The notes: generated by a model from the letters alone, not told the origin. Positions 37,901 through 52,500 are shown, numbered from the stretch's first letter. The stretch is 64,000 bases of DNA from Gordius albopunctatus (GCA_964276515.1 OZ193909.1:10850001-10914000); one strand, 5' to 3'. Translations and numbers: made by a program.

Positions 37901-40900
37901 CTGGCATTGCGTAGATTCGATCGCTACTTCGTTGAAAAAAAAGTAGACGCAATGCTCTAGCTCAATCGCCTTCACGAATTCCGGTTCTAAATCAATGTCC
38001 AACAATAGTTTTGTAGGCTAAAAGTTAACGTTTTCTTGCATGATCTTAAACCCTCTCAAACTTCTAAATTGTCTTTAAACGTTTGAAACGGTATTAGCTT
38101 AAAAAACGGGCTTAAAACCTTCATCCTCAGAAACTACCGTAGAAAATGTTAAATATCATAGATTAATTAATATCCGATCTAGCGTAGGAATATATAAGCG
38201 AAACGTGTATTACCATTTAACACCTTTAGGCTTTGCGTAACTGTTCGTATGAAGGGGATCAATTGCTTCTGAGCCTCCGGTTGTTCATAAATCGGGGGCC
38301 GATATATAAATGCGTCCAATTTATCGATATCCCTGAACGTTCCAGAATATATGGTTTGTGCATTGAAGGGATTATTGGTGCCTTTAATATGGGTGCAGAC
38401 AATTCCCAACATTAATAATATATTAAACAAAAAATTAAAGGATCATAAAACACTTTTTTATTTCTCCCTAGTTTTTAACGCTGGGTAAAATCATGTATTC
38501 ATAATTATTGCTGTTCCATGCTTCAGACGATGCCAATTTTATAGCAAATTTTAAGTGAAGACAAGGATAAATTTAAACGCGTTACATTTTTTTTGCTGCG
38601 ATTTAAAATCTCCCTTACTTGACCAAACATAGGCGTGTGATGTCCTAGGATCGAAAGGGCATTTACCAACGCCAATGCCTTCGGGAGGATATGGGGTATA
38701 TTTTTCAAGATTAGCCTTATAAATTTAAAATAAAATGAATCAATCAAGATATCCAACATTTTGTTAAAAAATTCACTTAGTCATTTATAGATAGAATTCC
38801 GATTTTTTAATAATTTTGGAATCGGTTGATCACTTATAATCAAATCAGGATTTTTTCTAGTTTTAGATCTACAATTCTTTAGCAGGGTGACCCTTAGGAA
38901 GTTATAAATATATTTTTGGAGAGAAATTTAAGGGAATCAGATCCTTAAAATATCTTCGCCATATTTAAAACCAAAACCTTTTTCGTCTTAAAAAATATAA
39001 ATAGCAATTAGCATAAAATTTTTTCCCAGTTTTCATTACCCCCTCCATAGTTTAAAACCAAATTTTTTGACCATTATAAAAGCTCAACAAATATGAATGC
39101 AGAATAAAGTTTTAAACGTTCCAGTTATCTAAGTATAAAACACTCGGTATTCTTAAAGTTTCTTCAGGGCATTTAAATAAAATTCCTATATAATAAATAT
39201 TATATATAAAGTTACTGCAAAAAGATAATCTTTGGGGGCGTGAGAACCGGTGGCACAAGCGTATATTCTCCCATCGGCATTTTTCTCAATAACGCGAAAA
39301 TGATTTTGACAGTCATATGCCTATAATGTTGAATATTTAATATACAACACGTTTTAATTTACATTATTTTCAGGCCCAAATTTGGACAAGCATAGTTCGA
39401 CGTCAGAATCCAGCGGGACAACGGTTTTATGAAAATACTACAAAAAATATAAATAAATTGATGTTACTTATTGGAAAAAAGGGTTTAACTTACATTTTTA
39501 TCTCTCGATATGTTATAGAGGTCAAATTTGTATATGGTGTTCCTGTTTAAATAATTGTATCATGTATATTTAATGACAAAATTATCTTTCAAATTTATGC
39601 GATAAAAATCGATACATGTCATTTGTAAATTACAGCCAATTTCAATATTAAAAAGGCTTACATTGATCCCACATAAAGAGCGGAGTTGGGGCTATCTATA
39701 TATATAGGGTTATAATATTTCACACCATCCGTGAAGCTACCAATCCAACCTTTTTAAAGTAAAATAAAATAAACTTGATGACTTAGTGAAATATAAATAT
39801 AATATTTAACCTTTCAAATGTCTATTAATCAATTGTACATAACACAAGTTAAAATAAGTAATAAACAGCTAAACTAAATTTACTATTAAATAAAACTTTG
39901 TAAAATATAAAATATTATTTAAAGGGAAACATTCAAATCAGGCACGTAGCCCAGGGGGCAGAAAGCGGGAATTTTCTGGCCCCTTGACCAAAATTTGAAT
40001 TTTTTTTTGAAGGTCCATGTCCTTTTTTAAGGTATAAAATCGATAGTAAATGCTCTGATTAATGAAGAGAGAAGATTTTTCCAAAGCTGGTTATATAGCG
40101 CGCCTTGAAGTTTCGCATATATTGTAAGCGAAGTTTACTTTTGTTACATTATAAATAAAAGTGTCGAAATTTTTTTTGAATTTTTCTTCCCCCTCGAGAA
40201 AATCCTGGCTACGGGACTGATTCAAATAAATAGCTACATTTATATTGCACTAAAATGAAAATCATTTTTGGAAGGTGTATGAGAAAACTTTAGCTTAAGG
40301 CACCTAGATGTAATATACACATTAATTTTATGAAATTTTTTATCAACCGTTGTCAAAAACTCATATATTTCGAGACAAACTTTTGGCAATCTTTTTATTT
40401 AATATTCTCTAGTATGAAGCATTTGTATCAATTGATTAAATTGATGCGCAAACTAAATAATATCCTTTCCAGGATTGCCCCATCCATTATAAGTGTGTTT
40501 ATAAGTTATTTCCAGCCAAAATTATTAAAGGATATTGTTAATAAATAATATAGATGGTAATGTTGGATTGATAAAATGATCGGGTGCTAATGGGTTTCGA
40601 TATTTCGGTCGTCCAGCAGCAACCATTGTCGGTAATTAAAAAAAGAGAGGTGAGGTATATACATGGGCGTAGCCAGCTTTCGGATCAGGGGGGGGGGCGA
40701 GCAAAAAAAAAAAAAGGTCGCCAAGACCTTTTTTTGGTATTTAACGTTAGTAATTAAAATATTTTGCTATTCTTTGGCCTCAACCCACATAAAAACTCAT
40801 TATTAATCAACAGTACAGTGTACAGAGGATATGTAAACGATGTATGAAGGAACTAACACAAACGCAACTACTAATCTCAATATTTAATTCTTATATAATT

Positions 40901-43900
40901 TAAATTTGCGTCAAAAGGTCGTGAAATAAAATTTTCAACATAAAACTTAATTTCAATCAGGGGGGGGCGAAACACTAATTTTTTCCAATTTTTACATAAA
41001 TTTACATTAAAAAATAGAAAAATTCTCATTCAGGGGGGGGGGCGGCCCCCCCCCCCTGCCTACGCCCATGGGTATATATTGTTAATCATACAATGCACAA
41101 AATTTGAAGTCTATTTTTTCGGGCTATTAAATCAAGATGCATTTAGAATTTAATTGAACCTCCAATAAATTTTTACAGGTATATTAAACATTTAACTATA
41201 AATCGTCCAACTACCTTTATACATTTCGCACATTTCTAGAATTTAATAAATATTTACCCTTCATTATAAATGGGGTTTATTCATCGAAAATGCTAATGGT
41301 CGAAAACAAACCAATCCTCCTAAAAATGCCTAAATTCTCTATCAAAAAGGCAATTAGAATCGAGAATGGAGATAATCGATAAGCACTCCATTAAAAGACG
41401 GTGCGAAGAGAAGTAGCCATTAGAGGGACTAATAGATGGAATGGGAGAAAGGTTTATAACGAAATAAAAATCCTTAAATCCCATATATAAATTAAGAAGG
41501 GATTGATGAGTTTATCCAAACCTAAGGACAACAAAAACAAGCACCTACGACGACTCCCCATTTAAAAATTTGACTGCCTTATTTATTTTTTAGCCCCATT
41601 TTAATTGTTTGTTTTAGCAGCTTATATAAATATTCCCTTCCTCCAGATAAAAAACAAGACTGGAGTATAAAAAATAAAACCCCAAATTTAAGGCAATTCC
41701 CTAGACTTATATATGAGATTTTAATGGCCCCTTGGTTCTAAAATGGCAATGAATCAAAAATATATATACGATTTTTAAAAACATAAAGCATAATTTAGCC
41801 ACGAATTACAATTAAGAACATTATTAAGGTATCAAAAAATAATGATATCAAGAAAAATTAAACACTGAAATTCAAAACAACTTATACTTATTTGTTGCCA
41901 TAACGGAAATATAATTTTTAACAAGTGGTTTCATAATAATAGAGTTTTTTTATTTAATAATAATTTCTAATATCTAGTCATAATTTTCACTATTTTTAAA
42001 TGGTGAATTAAAAAGATTTCCATCCATGCTCACTTCCTTACCTAATATTAATTTCACATAAAATTATACATGCCACTTTGTTTTGCATATAAATTAAGGT
42101 CAATTAAAAACGAAAGGTATTCTTTTGTTTCATCCTTAATGGTAGCTAAAAGAAAATATAATTTACAACATTTTATAAGAAATAACTGATAAAAAAGGGA
42201 AAAAACATTTTGGTTAAATTATTTGATACAAATACCCAGAACCATAAATGAGTAAGCAAAAAATAGATGATCCGTTAATAATGCGACTTAATAAGGGGTA
42301 TTATATCTATCTAATGAAATCAGGTGGCTTCTTTAACATTCCACACATATTGAATCAATGTTATAATAGAGAAAGGAAGCTCTATGATATGATGGGGTGT
42401 GGCATTGTTATAGCCTATAAGCCAGGTGTAAATAAGTATTAGCAGCGCCTGCCGTCACTTAATTATTATTATTTACAACGCAAGCAAGGCTAATGGAATC
42501 ATCAAAAATTGTAGAAATGCTTTTATATCAATGAAATGTGTTATCACGAAGTCTTCAAGCAGAGGAAAAAGCACTTATCTACGAGGAGATCCTTCCTAAA
42601 CGCAAAACACAACACCGAGCAAGCCCTCTTCTTAACTAATTGAACTAAAGTGTAGATGCATTATTCTTAGGCCACCACCTTGCGAGCTCTCAAATAATTT
42701 ATCCTAGTGTAGCTAGGTAGTAGGTTACATTCCTTATGATTAATTTTGCATGCGTGGCCACAAATATTAGTAATTATAAGTTAAACTTTTTTATTCAAAT
42801 AGTTGCTTTAGAATAATAAATAGTAATCTAAAGAAAGTGAACAATCTTAACGAGAATACAAACTTAGAGATTTATTAAATCAATTTAGCAGTAAAAGAAT
42901 ACACACACACGGATGTAATGTATTATATAAAAACGTTGGTTCAATTTAAGATACGGCTTTGCCTTATTTAAATCTAGTAAAGACTAAGGCATGGGCGTAA
43001 CCAAGGAGGGGGGGGGCAGGGATGGGCGGCTGCCCCCCTCTAAATCCAAAATTTTGCTGAAATTTATTGAAATTATGGGGCTAAAATTTCAAAAAATGAT
43101 CATTTTGCTTGCCCCTCCCTAAATCATTATTGCCTCCCTCTAATTCTAAGCTCGCTTGGCCTATGGACTAAGGTGTTCGATATACTAACTTTAAAATCTG
43201 GACCTGTCTAATAAAAATAAGCACTTAAGTTTGGAAGTAATTAGATATTATATAACTCTTCGTGGAGGGGAGCAACAATGATTTTGGGAGGGGCAAGCAA
43301 AATGATCATTTTTTGAAATTTTAGCCCCATAATTTCAACAAATTTTGGATTTCGAGGGGGGCAGCCGCCCCTCCCTGGCTACGTCCATGTGTTTAGGCGT
43401 GATTGCGCTGGGTTATTAAAATAGTGGGGGGCGGGGGCTCTTTATTCAAACCGCTTTAAGGGTCCTATTAAATTAGATTAAAATATCAATTCCTTTGTGT
43501 TTATATTTCTAAAAATTTTCCTTACAGATCTAGTATCAAATTTAGGGATTAAACCCCTATATTTCAAAATGTCGGTAAAGTTTCTATTATGAAAACAACG
43601 TAACCTTGACATTTTAAAATTCCTATACGAGTATTTTCCTTTTGTGGAACTGACATTTTTAATAAGCATTTATTATGGTAATTGGATCCATTTTTTATGC
43701 TCATCATGGCAGTTTGCATAGCGTTACGGCTATAAAATGTTTACATGAGCACCATAAATGTGCATCAGATTTTTGAGAAATAACAATTTAATTAAAAGTT
43801 GCATTTGACTTTATACTACCTATAAAACCTTTCAAATCGACACGAAAAATTTGAACAACTTAATGCAAATTTTAAAATAAGCTATTCCTTCACACTCGCT

Positions 43901-44902
43901 TTATGGCAAAAGGAAAATCTAGAGTAATTAAGAATTAAATAAGCGTCAAACGGGTTTTTTACCCAGTTTTTTCGAGAATTAAAATTGGAAAATTTAACGA
44001 AAATAGAGTTAAAAACTTTAAAAAAATTAATTTTAAGTCGGGTTGTTCGAGCAGCTCTAATGATCCCTATTCTGACATGGCAGGTCGCATATCTAGAAGG
44101 GTTCGGGCCAGTCTGGGTGGGCAATTTAGTTATAAAATTGGACAGGGGCGGGCTTGGATAGAAATCTTTTCAAAATCTGACCTCTGATCGTTAATATATT
44201 ATATTATAATTGTATGGTATCATGAAGCTTTAGCCGGGTATGAATCGTGAGTTTTAGATTTTTTTATTAAAATATATATTAGCTAAATGACTTAGTGATA
44301 AAAATAACATAAATAGAATTAAAAAATTACGCTATAAGTTATATTAAAAACGGGCCATAACCAAGGCTATATTAAATATTCACATCAAAAATAAATAGGA
44401 AAAGAATGGTTAACTTTGATGAAAAAACAAACTAGTAATTTTGTATAAAATGACAAAAAATTATTTGAATAAAAAATTACTTTTATTGTAAGGAATTTCA
44501 GGATACATGGTATACAAGGTTTCTTCCCAGGTCGCACGGATGTGGATAATTATATATAAAAGATGTACCTTGAATCCCATTATAACGTTAATACGGAACT
44601 AAATCACATAAAAACATAATTTATAAAATCAATGCTAACGGTTATTCATTATGAAAAATTAACATTTACAAAAACACGATTTTATACATGCTACGATAAA
44701 TAATAGTGGAACATTAAAAAAATATTAAATGTAAATACCAATGTATAAAATAACTAAATGAGTAAAATAAAATGAATTTGAGATTAACCTTGAACAAGCC
44801 AATAATAAAAATAAGATGTGGCCACAAACACTTAATGATATTACAGTTGATAATTCGGGTATGTGATAAATGCGAGATTTTAGCACAAAAAATTTCGATC
44901 AT
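34962..44902 (-). CDS. Sema2a: Secreted class-2 semaphorin (Sema, PSI, Ig domains; no transmembrane segment seen)
   Basis: Sema domain EPEFV..VYFFFNEVAIE..VARICKRDKGG..WATYVKARLNCS; PSI CAQCIRDPHCGWD; Ig VHLKC..VVWYH..GSYKC; tail YKEWCKEFENYKREFSVWK typical of Sema-2; TGA at 34962-34964. Predicted first coding exon 44789-44902 splices in phase to 39811-39868 to give a hydrophobic signal-like segment (this exon is less certain). Confidence 0.9.
39939..40219. mobile_element. hAT-like MITE in semaphorin intron 1
   Basis: CAGGCACGTAGCCCAGG / CCTGGCTACGGGACTG ends; exact TSD ATTCAAAT. Confidence 0.82.
40662..41070. mobile_element. MITE of the CATGGGCGTAGCC family
   Basis: TIRs plus exact TSD GGTATATA. 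Confidence 0.9.
42990..43165. mobile_element. MITE of the CATGGGCGTAGCC family (an inverted partial copy follows at ~43260-43389)
   Basis: Exact TSD GACTAAGG; interior matches 5813-5986. Confidence 0.85.
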
Positions 44903-45738
44903 GGGGGGGGGGGGGGGTGGTGAAGAAGTTCATTAAATAATTCCACAGCTAATTATTCGTGAAAATTCATCTGCCCGCCCCCTCTACCTAATCAAGCTCC
45001 TGGGCCGTCGTGTCTCGCGGACAAAGGGGACACAGCACAAAAGGTGTTTTTGCTGCTGCATCAAAGAGACACCTCCTATCTATCTATCTATGTATGCATG
45101 TATGTATGTATGTGGTAGTAGGCGAAATAAGTATGTAAAACAGAGAGAGACTACAACAACTATGGATGGAGGGAGTCTATTTAAGCCCTGGATAATGGGT
45201 AATTACACGAAAGGTGACCACAAATTGTGTGTGTAGATGCATATTCATAAACCCCCTGACGTCTGGACTCACACGTACCACCCCCCCCCCCACCTCAACA
45301 AATCGTGCCGCCTCATTTAATCGAAAGGTAGAAGGGAGATGGACAGCAGCAGACCTGATCATCAAATATATTTCACATTATATATGCCGTTAACACCACC
45401 ATACCCCATACCATACGTCAAATTAAAAAAAATTACACTAAGCTACATCTACTACAACTTGTCTCTTCTCGTCTAAGAGATGTGATGTGAGAATGATCGA
45501 GTGATTGATGGATGATAGGTGGTAGGCCTTTCATTTCAAATTTGCTGAGGTCCCTGTATTTTTTTGTGAAGAACTCCGTGAAAAGGGGCTTTAGCGTTCT
45601 CACATTTTAATTATAATTAATCAGTTGTAAGGGGAAAAGTGGAAAGGGTTAAATCATTTATAAAAGTTAGTCATATGCTGTATGGTGACCTTGATTTGGT
45701 TGGAGCCAAAAGCTTGATGATAATGATTTAGAGAAGGA

Positions 45739-45853
45739 CATCGGCGTAGCCAGGTATTGGTTGGGGGGGGGCGAAAATGTTTTAAGTTTAATTAGGGGGT
45801 GGGTCAAAACATATTTTTTGTCATTTAGGGGGGGGGGCCTGGCTACGCCTATG
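45739..45853. mobile_element. 115-bp MITE of the CATGGGCGTAGCC family
   Basis: CATCGGCGTAGCCAGG / CCTGGCTACGCCTATG ends; exact TSD GAGAAGGA. Confidence 0.88.
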
Positions 45854-48800
45854 GAGAAGGACAAAATAACTTTTTATAAATTTTTGTCATACTTTCATTA
45901 AGTTATAAGAATTTAGAGCGTGCTTCCATTTTTCCTCATGGCTACCCCATGCAAATGATGATTTTGCCACAACTGAAAAATTTAATTTCTCTTTTTTCAA
46001 ATAATTATGGAAATGATTGTCTACCAATATATGTAAATCCGATGGAATGATATGCCAAGGGTCATTACGATTAAACGGCTTGATGACATTTTTATAGAAT
46101 TAGGAAAGTGTCATTTTATAAAGTAAAAAAGCGGAAAAAATGTTGAAACATTGAAATCGTATCCACTTTTTATTTCCTTTAAGCAAATAAAGGTGTAGCT
46201 AGCGCTAGCGCCTAAAAATTGACAAAAATTATTTAGGGCGTTATGTTATAAAAATGAACGAAAGTTTTCCCCCTAAATTTTGGAGCGTATTAGAGATCCT
46301 CCGATGTATTATATCTATCAACAAAATGAATAAAAATTCTATCTAGAAAATTTTTGGGAGGTGGAAGGAATAATTTTTTAGTAAATGATCCATTTAAATG
46401 TGGATGATAGCTTGTTTCAAAATTCTTTTCCACTCACACTTTTGAAAAAACTCGATAGCCTCCCACCCTGATTAATCTAATAAATTTAAGTTGGGCACTA
46501 AGAGGATAGTAATATTGAGTTTTAATAAAAAAAATGGTAAGTAATACTTTGCTTATCAATTGTTTTTAAAAATACCAAGGTAGTGGGCGTTTATCAGTAA
46601 ATAATAGATAAAATATGTATTCAATTATAGTTATTTGTTTCAATAATTTTTTTAATATTCTATTGTGGAAATTTAATGGTAAATGTTTGTTAAAACGTAC
46701 AAACATGATAAATAGAGATTTGTGATATAATTTGCCTATAGAAATCTTGCAAAATTATAATATTAATAAAATTAGTAATTATCAGATAAATAAATTTAAA
46801 TTTTTTAAATAAATATTTAGTTTATACAAAAATCAAAATATACTTGAACCTTAAAGGCTACATTTAACATTTTCAATCTGCTATACTTATCAAAATAAAT
46901 TTCTGACATGAAAATTTTCCTCAATCTTAAATTTTTGTCAAAGGTAACTTTACAAATTAATTAATTTGGATAAGAGGCTCAGTAAAGCCTTTCAAAAAAA
47001 TTTACTACCAATATTGAATTTATATTATTGCCCTTATTCTTAGTTATTAATATAATCACTTTAAAAACAGGCTTGGACCATATTGTTATAGGGTAGCAAG
47101 TAAAAAATCAAATAAATAATATTGTTTGTGCAACTTTTGCTTTACTATATCACAAATCAAGAAGACACCTTAACAAAAAATTATATAAACCTTTATCTAT
47201 ATTAACTTACAAGTTTAATAAAGCTTGGATTATTTAAAATATTTACTTTATAAACAAAAGATAATCCTTTCCATTTAATAACTTATTTAAAGCTAAAAAA
47301 ATAAACACATTTGCCAAAGATTAGTGATAGAGTAAAGAAATTAGCACTCATTAATACTAAAAATACAACTTAAGGTAGTTAATGAACATGCCAAAAATTA
47401 TAAAAAATGATTATAATAGGACGATAGCTATGTAAATATCACGACACCTATTTCACATGTTTTAAGATAGCCGAGAACTCGCTAGACTTTGTAATAAATG
47501 TGTATATGTCGAGTTGTCAAAAACGTTTTGGTACTACTGCCCATCAACTCGTCGTAATCACATTGCTGTATTTAAAAGGGTATATAAAATATATACCTGT
47601 AGCGTATCGGGGGGGGGGGGGGGGGAGTGTAAATGCCCCACTCAAAAAACTAATATAAAAATTTTGGTCCAACTTTTAATTTAATTGGCAATATTTAGGT
47701 AAAACCATAATTTATATTAAGTCAGACAATTTTTTGAATGAATTATTTTCTACTATTTGTTTAGTCTTCTTAGAATAAACCGAGCAAAAACTTATGAGTT
47801 GAATAGATTCGGCAAGGTATATTCATATGTTGCATATTAAATTATTAAGGTAAAAAGGGTGATCTTGTGAGGCAAAAATTTTACTAAATAAATATCAATA
47901 ACAAATTATGTTTATAAAAATGAAATAAAAACACAGCTATGCATTTAAGCTAATCCATTCATATTTGTGATTTTTTAAGATTTATTGCTAATTAATTTAA
48001 TGTAAATTGCTTTAAAAGCTACATATTAATAATATCTATGATACCTGCATTTGCAACATTATTCCAACAAGGTAAATATGGTCTTAAAGTCAAAGCTCCG
48101 CTATTTTTTTCATCAATATTATATTAGTATAGTGCCTATATCTTTAATTTATTTTTCTCCTATATTTTCGTATAATTTTTAAAAGCGAGCGAATTATAGA
48201 GCTTTGACTTTTGCACAAGTAACCCGGTATTATTTTATCTTAAATATGTTGAACTATCTAGAGACATGGCAATTGACTTTTAATTAATATTTTCTTATGC
48301 TGTCAGGTACAAATCTTATTTTATAGTTTTTATTAGCAGTATGAATTTTAAAATCTAACATATCTTTATTAAAGCTATAGCAACAATTAATAGCTTAAAA
48401 TGAACTCTTAAGGACATTAGAGGTAATGCTTATTACGTCATCATGAAACACCTTATAATAAAGCACTTTCGTTAGTGCATATCCTCAAAATCTTTTAATA
48501 AACCTAAAAAAGAAAAGCAATTTAAAATATTTTTCCTTTAAATTTTAATTCCAAAAATATTTATTTTAAAAATAAATTGATTTTCAAATATGGAAGGAAT
48601 AGATATTGACTAAAATGTAAGAATCTTTGAAATTAATTGTATTTATTGTGTTTTCAAAAGAGGTAAGCCCTTATCTGTTTTTGCGACGACTCTTGATTAT
48701 AATAATAACTTATAGTTCAACTTTGCCAGATGACACAATTGCCAAATTTTTTTGTTATTTGCCATATCATAAGAATTATATTATAATAAAACTATAATGA

Positions 48801-49299
48801 AAATATTTTTTTGCTTTTTATTTAAGATATTATCTTTAAGTGGGATTCCAACAACTATCTTTATATCACAATTGACAATCGTCGCTAACTACCTCGTATA
48901 CCTAAAATATTTTTTGAAAAAACCGCTACACTACAGATAAAAACAATTATTTTGTGTGTATAAAGTTTATAAAAATAAAATTTTGAAGTACTTATTTAGA
49001 CCGATTTTAAAAGTATAGCGTTTGAGTTTTTAAGGGAATTATATTAGGAACACCGTGATAATTTTTTTAAAATTGATACCATCCAATTATTCTACAAAAT
49101 TCTGTTAAAATTAGTTACGCAAAAAATAAAAGCATGTTAAACATAGCTGCGAGTTAATATGCCTATCACTTCATTTTAGAGGTTTCCTGTTCTATTTCAA
49201 CTGCGAAATGCAACTTTTATGTAATTTTATCACATATACTATACATTATAAGTTAATAAAGATTTATTTTTAAGCAATGAAATGTGAATGCGCATTTAA

Positions 49300-49899
49300 C
49301 CCTCGAGAGCATTCCTGAAAATCCCAAACGCGAGAACATTCGTGGGGTATATTTGATCCAATTTTTTAACTTCTTATAACTTTTAAACTATTCTTTTTAA
49401 ACCTTTCAAATTTTAAAAATGTGTGTATAGACGTCTTAAGATTGATGGTATGAATTTTAATATCAATCTAATCAAAATTACAAAACTTATTAACGATTTT
49501 CTGGACCCCTATTTTTATTTTGTTTATTTTAGAGCTTCCCCTCATTTTACCTCTTGACATCATATACCTTAAAATAAATCAAAATAAACGTGATTTTTCA
49601 TTAAAAGAATGTTTAAAATGTATTAAAAACACAAATTGTAAAAGATATCATCAAACGAAAAAAATACACACATTTTTTCCAACAGAAAAAAACTTAGGTG
49701 AGAGCATTCGTGGGGTACACAGGACCTCTGTGGCCAAAAAGATGCTATATTTTAAAAAGTGGTGGGCCAAAAGTTATATTAGTTCTTGGTAAAATATTAG
49801 GCTACTGAAAAGTCCAGATCAATTCGCTTTTAAATGCGTTTTATATTTAAGTTTATAACTATCGTGGGGTCCGTGGTACCCCACGAATGCTCTCGAGGG
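49300..49899. mobile_element. piggyBac-type MITE (600 bp)
   Basis: Perfect 15-bp TIR CCCTCGAGAGCATTC, TTAA on both sides, internal CATTCGTGGGGTA repeats. Confidence 0.93.
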
Positions 49900-50599
49900 T
49901 TAAACAAAATAAATTACAGCGCACTCAAGTTGAATATTAAGATATAGTTATAATATTATTCCTGAATGGTTAGTTATAAATAAATTTAATACAAATAATT
50001 TATAACAAAATTTTAAATTATTCCTACAGGTCCTTTGAAGTTTTGTTTAAGATTGAGAAAACAAACGTAATAACACAGGAGTCTATAAAAATTTACTTTG
50101 TGATTGGATCCCGTGATCTGACAAATAAATTAAGATAAAGAATTTTATGCTGAACAATATTATGATTTTATTTTTTTCGCTAGTCGTCCAGAATAAATTA
50201 GACTAAAAGTGCAAAATTGTCTTTTTAACGTTTTTTGAGGCTATACTCCCACGCCATTTTAAATTTATATTTAATAATATTAATTTTATTTGCCTATATG
50301 ATCATATTCATAATTTGATTTTTTGTTTCATTATTACTTTTAGTTTTATCCATGTTTATTTTAACATTCCTTCTCGCATTAAAATTCCTCCAACTATGTC
50401 TGAAAAAACAGAGTACACTTGAGTACATACTGCGGATGCGATGTTTGACATCACTCTCTCCCTTCACTTAATCTCTATTTATATCCCTCACTCCCGCAAC
50501 TCCCGCACCTTTTTTGTGTGCTTGGCTAGATATGGGGACGAAAAAATTGATATAAGTATTCGGATTCCCACTTGTAAAATTATCTTTCAACTAACGATG

Positions 50600-51035
50600 G
50601 TGAAACGCTTAGCTAGCGCTTATCACTAGCGCGCTTAGCACGTTCCCGGTAGATAGCATGGCCTTTTGTATGCGGGATAAGCTATAGCTCGTAGTCACTT
50701 GGAGGCGTTAGAGCCATAGCGCATAGTCACACGAGGCGCTAGCTTAGCTAACGCTTAGCACTAGCGCGTTTAACACGTTCCCGGTACATAGCATGGCCTT
50801 TTGTTTGCAGTATAAGCTATAGCTCGTAGTCACTTGGAGGCGTTAGAGCCATAGCGCATAGTCACACGAGGCGCTATAAGCTAAAGCGCATGGTCCCTTG
50901 TAGGTGCTAGAGCTATAAAATACCTCAGCTCAGAGTCACATAAGGCCCTATAAGCTATAGCGCATAGTCACTTGTAGGCACTTGAGCTATGGGCATAGTA
51001 ACTTAAGGCGCCAGCGCTATAGCGTGGTGCTATCA
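50600..51035. repeat. Minisatellite-like array (~33-bp CTATAGCGCATAGTCACTTGAGGCGCTAGAG units, plus a ~135-bp duplication)
   Basis: Units visible directly; same motif at 51370-51460 and 51911-52015, and inverted at 57590-57735. Confidence 0.85.
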
Positions 51036-51463
51036 TTGACATGCAATTTTTCATTGTTAAAATAAACTCCAATTCTATATTATTTCCCGATTTAAACAGA
51101 TTGAAAATGAGAAATTTCAGTTTTGCACCCCTCTAACACCATATCTCACAATTTCTAATATAAATTTGGGTGAATATTTAAACTTTATTTCAGGAGTCCT
51201 GGATTTAGCTCTGAAGTAATTCCTTACCGTGCCCATTACCCCTACCCCCCTCTTCCCGTTCATAATTTATATTTGATTGATAAATTAAAAACAAAGTGAA
51301 ACTTAATTTGTGAGGAAATTATTTTAGATCCTCATCTCACTTACATTAGTGATGAGGAAATAGCGGTTGGTAGGCGCTAAAGCTAAACGGAATAGTCGCT
51401 TTAGGCGCTATTAGCCTATTAGCTATAGCGTATAGGCACTTATAGACGCCAGAACTATAGCAC

Positions 51464-51910
51464 CATAGACTAGATAGACTGCTCATCAACGCACAAAATG
51501 TGTACCCTTTTTTCAACCATTTTGAAAGGCACATTGTAAAGTGATCATATAGAAATTCGTAATTTTCGCAAATTAAATAATCTTAAAGAGGTAAATAAAA
51601 AAATATTGAATTGGGTAGATATCAAAAACAACATTTTAAAATAAATATGATTTAAAAAATACATAAAAATTAAAAATGTAAAAAATGCGATTAAAGTTTG
51701 TTTAATAATATAGCGCCATCAATATTAATTTCTATTTTTTATAATATTAATTAATTGGCGTTCGTTTTAATTTATAAACTAGTGAGGAAGGTAAATTGAC
51801 TGTTATATACATGGTTAAAATACACCAGTTGCCCTCTTCAAAATGGAGGAAAATTTGACACACAATTAACTTTATGCAACATATGGCATGAGCAGTCTAT
51901 CTAGTCTATA
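51464..51910. mobile_element. TIR MITE (P- or hAT-like) nested in the minisatellite element
   Basis: 23-bp TIR CATAGACTAGATAGACTGCTCAT (22/23 match); exact 8-bp TSD TATAGCAC. Confidence 0.9.
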
Positions 51911-52372
51911 TATAGCACATAGTCACTTGAGGAGCTAGAGCTAGAGCGTATAGTAACTTGAAAATGCTAAAGCTTTAGCGCATAGTCACTTTGAGGCGCT
52001 ATAGCTAGGCGCTAACATCGTTATGATATTATTAATTTTAATTTGCATTATTATGCACACATATGCCTTGAACTAAGTATCCACGTTTTTTAAATGATAA
52101 GCACATGTCTATTAAGCAAATAATCAAAATTAAGTACGAAGGACGCAAATATATAAATAAAGAAATTCTGGTCTCACGCGAAACTTAAATGTTATAAATA
52201 TATGGAAAATCGTAAGGTAAAGAAAATAACATACTTTTTTTAATCGATTTACAAACAAGTATGTTATAATTGATATTTTTGCCATATATAGAGGAATACC
52301 CACCTTGCAGGTGTGGTTAATAACAAGTTATTTATGCAAAAATTAAGCAACATATATTTTCTAAGTCAAGAC

Positions 52373-52500
52373 TAGAGCCCTGCACGGGCCCTAGCCCGAT
52401 CGGGGGTTCGGGACAAGATCATGAAGAATTTAATAAAATAATCGGGCCTCGGATTGTGCCTGATGAGGCGGCCCGACCCGATGCCCGAGCCCGGCCCTAA
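52373..52500 (+). mobile_element. Left-end fragment related to the hAT at 24328 (similar end at ~60264)
   Basis: TAGAGCCCTGCACGGGCC resembles TIR TAGAGACCTGCACGGCCC and is followed by CCCGA/CGGG repeats. Confidence 0.55.

Noticed and set aside
50600..51035. Regularly spaced repeats as a CRISPR array
   Set aside because: Head-to-tail degenerate units with no unique spacers, no cas genes, and a eukaryotic context.
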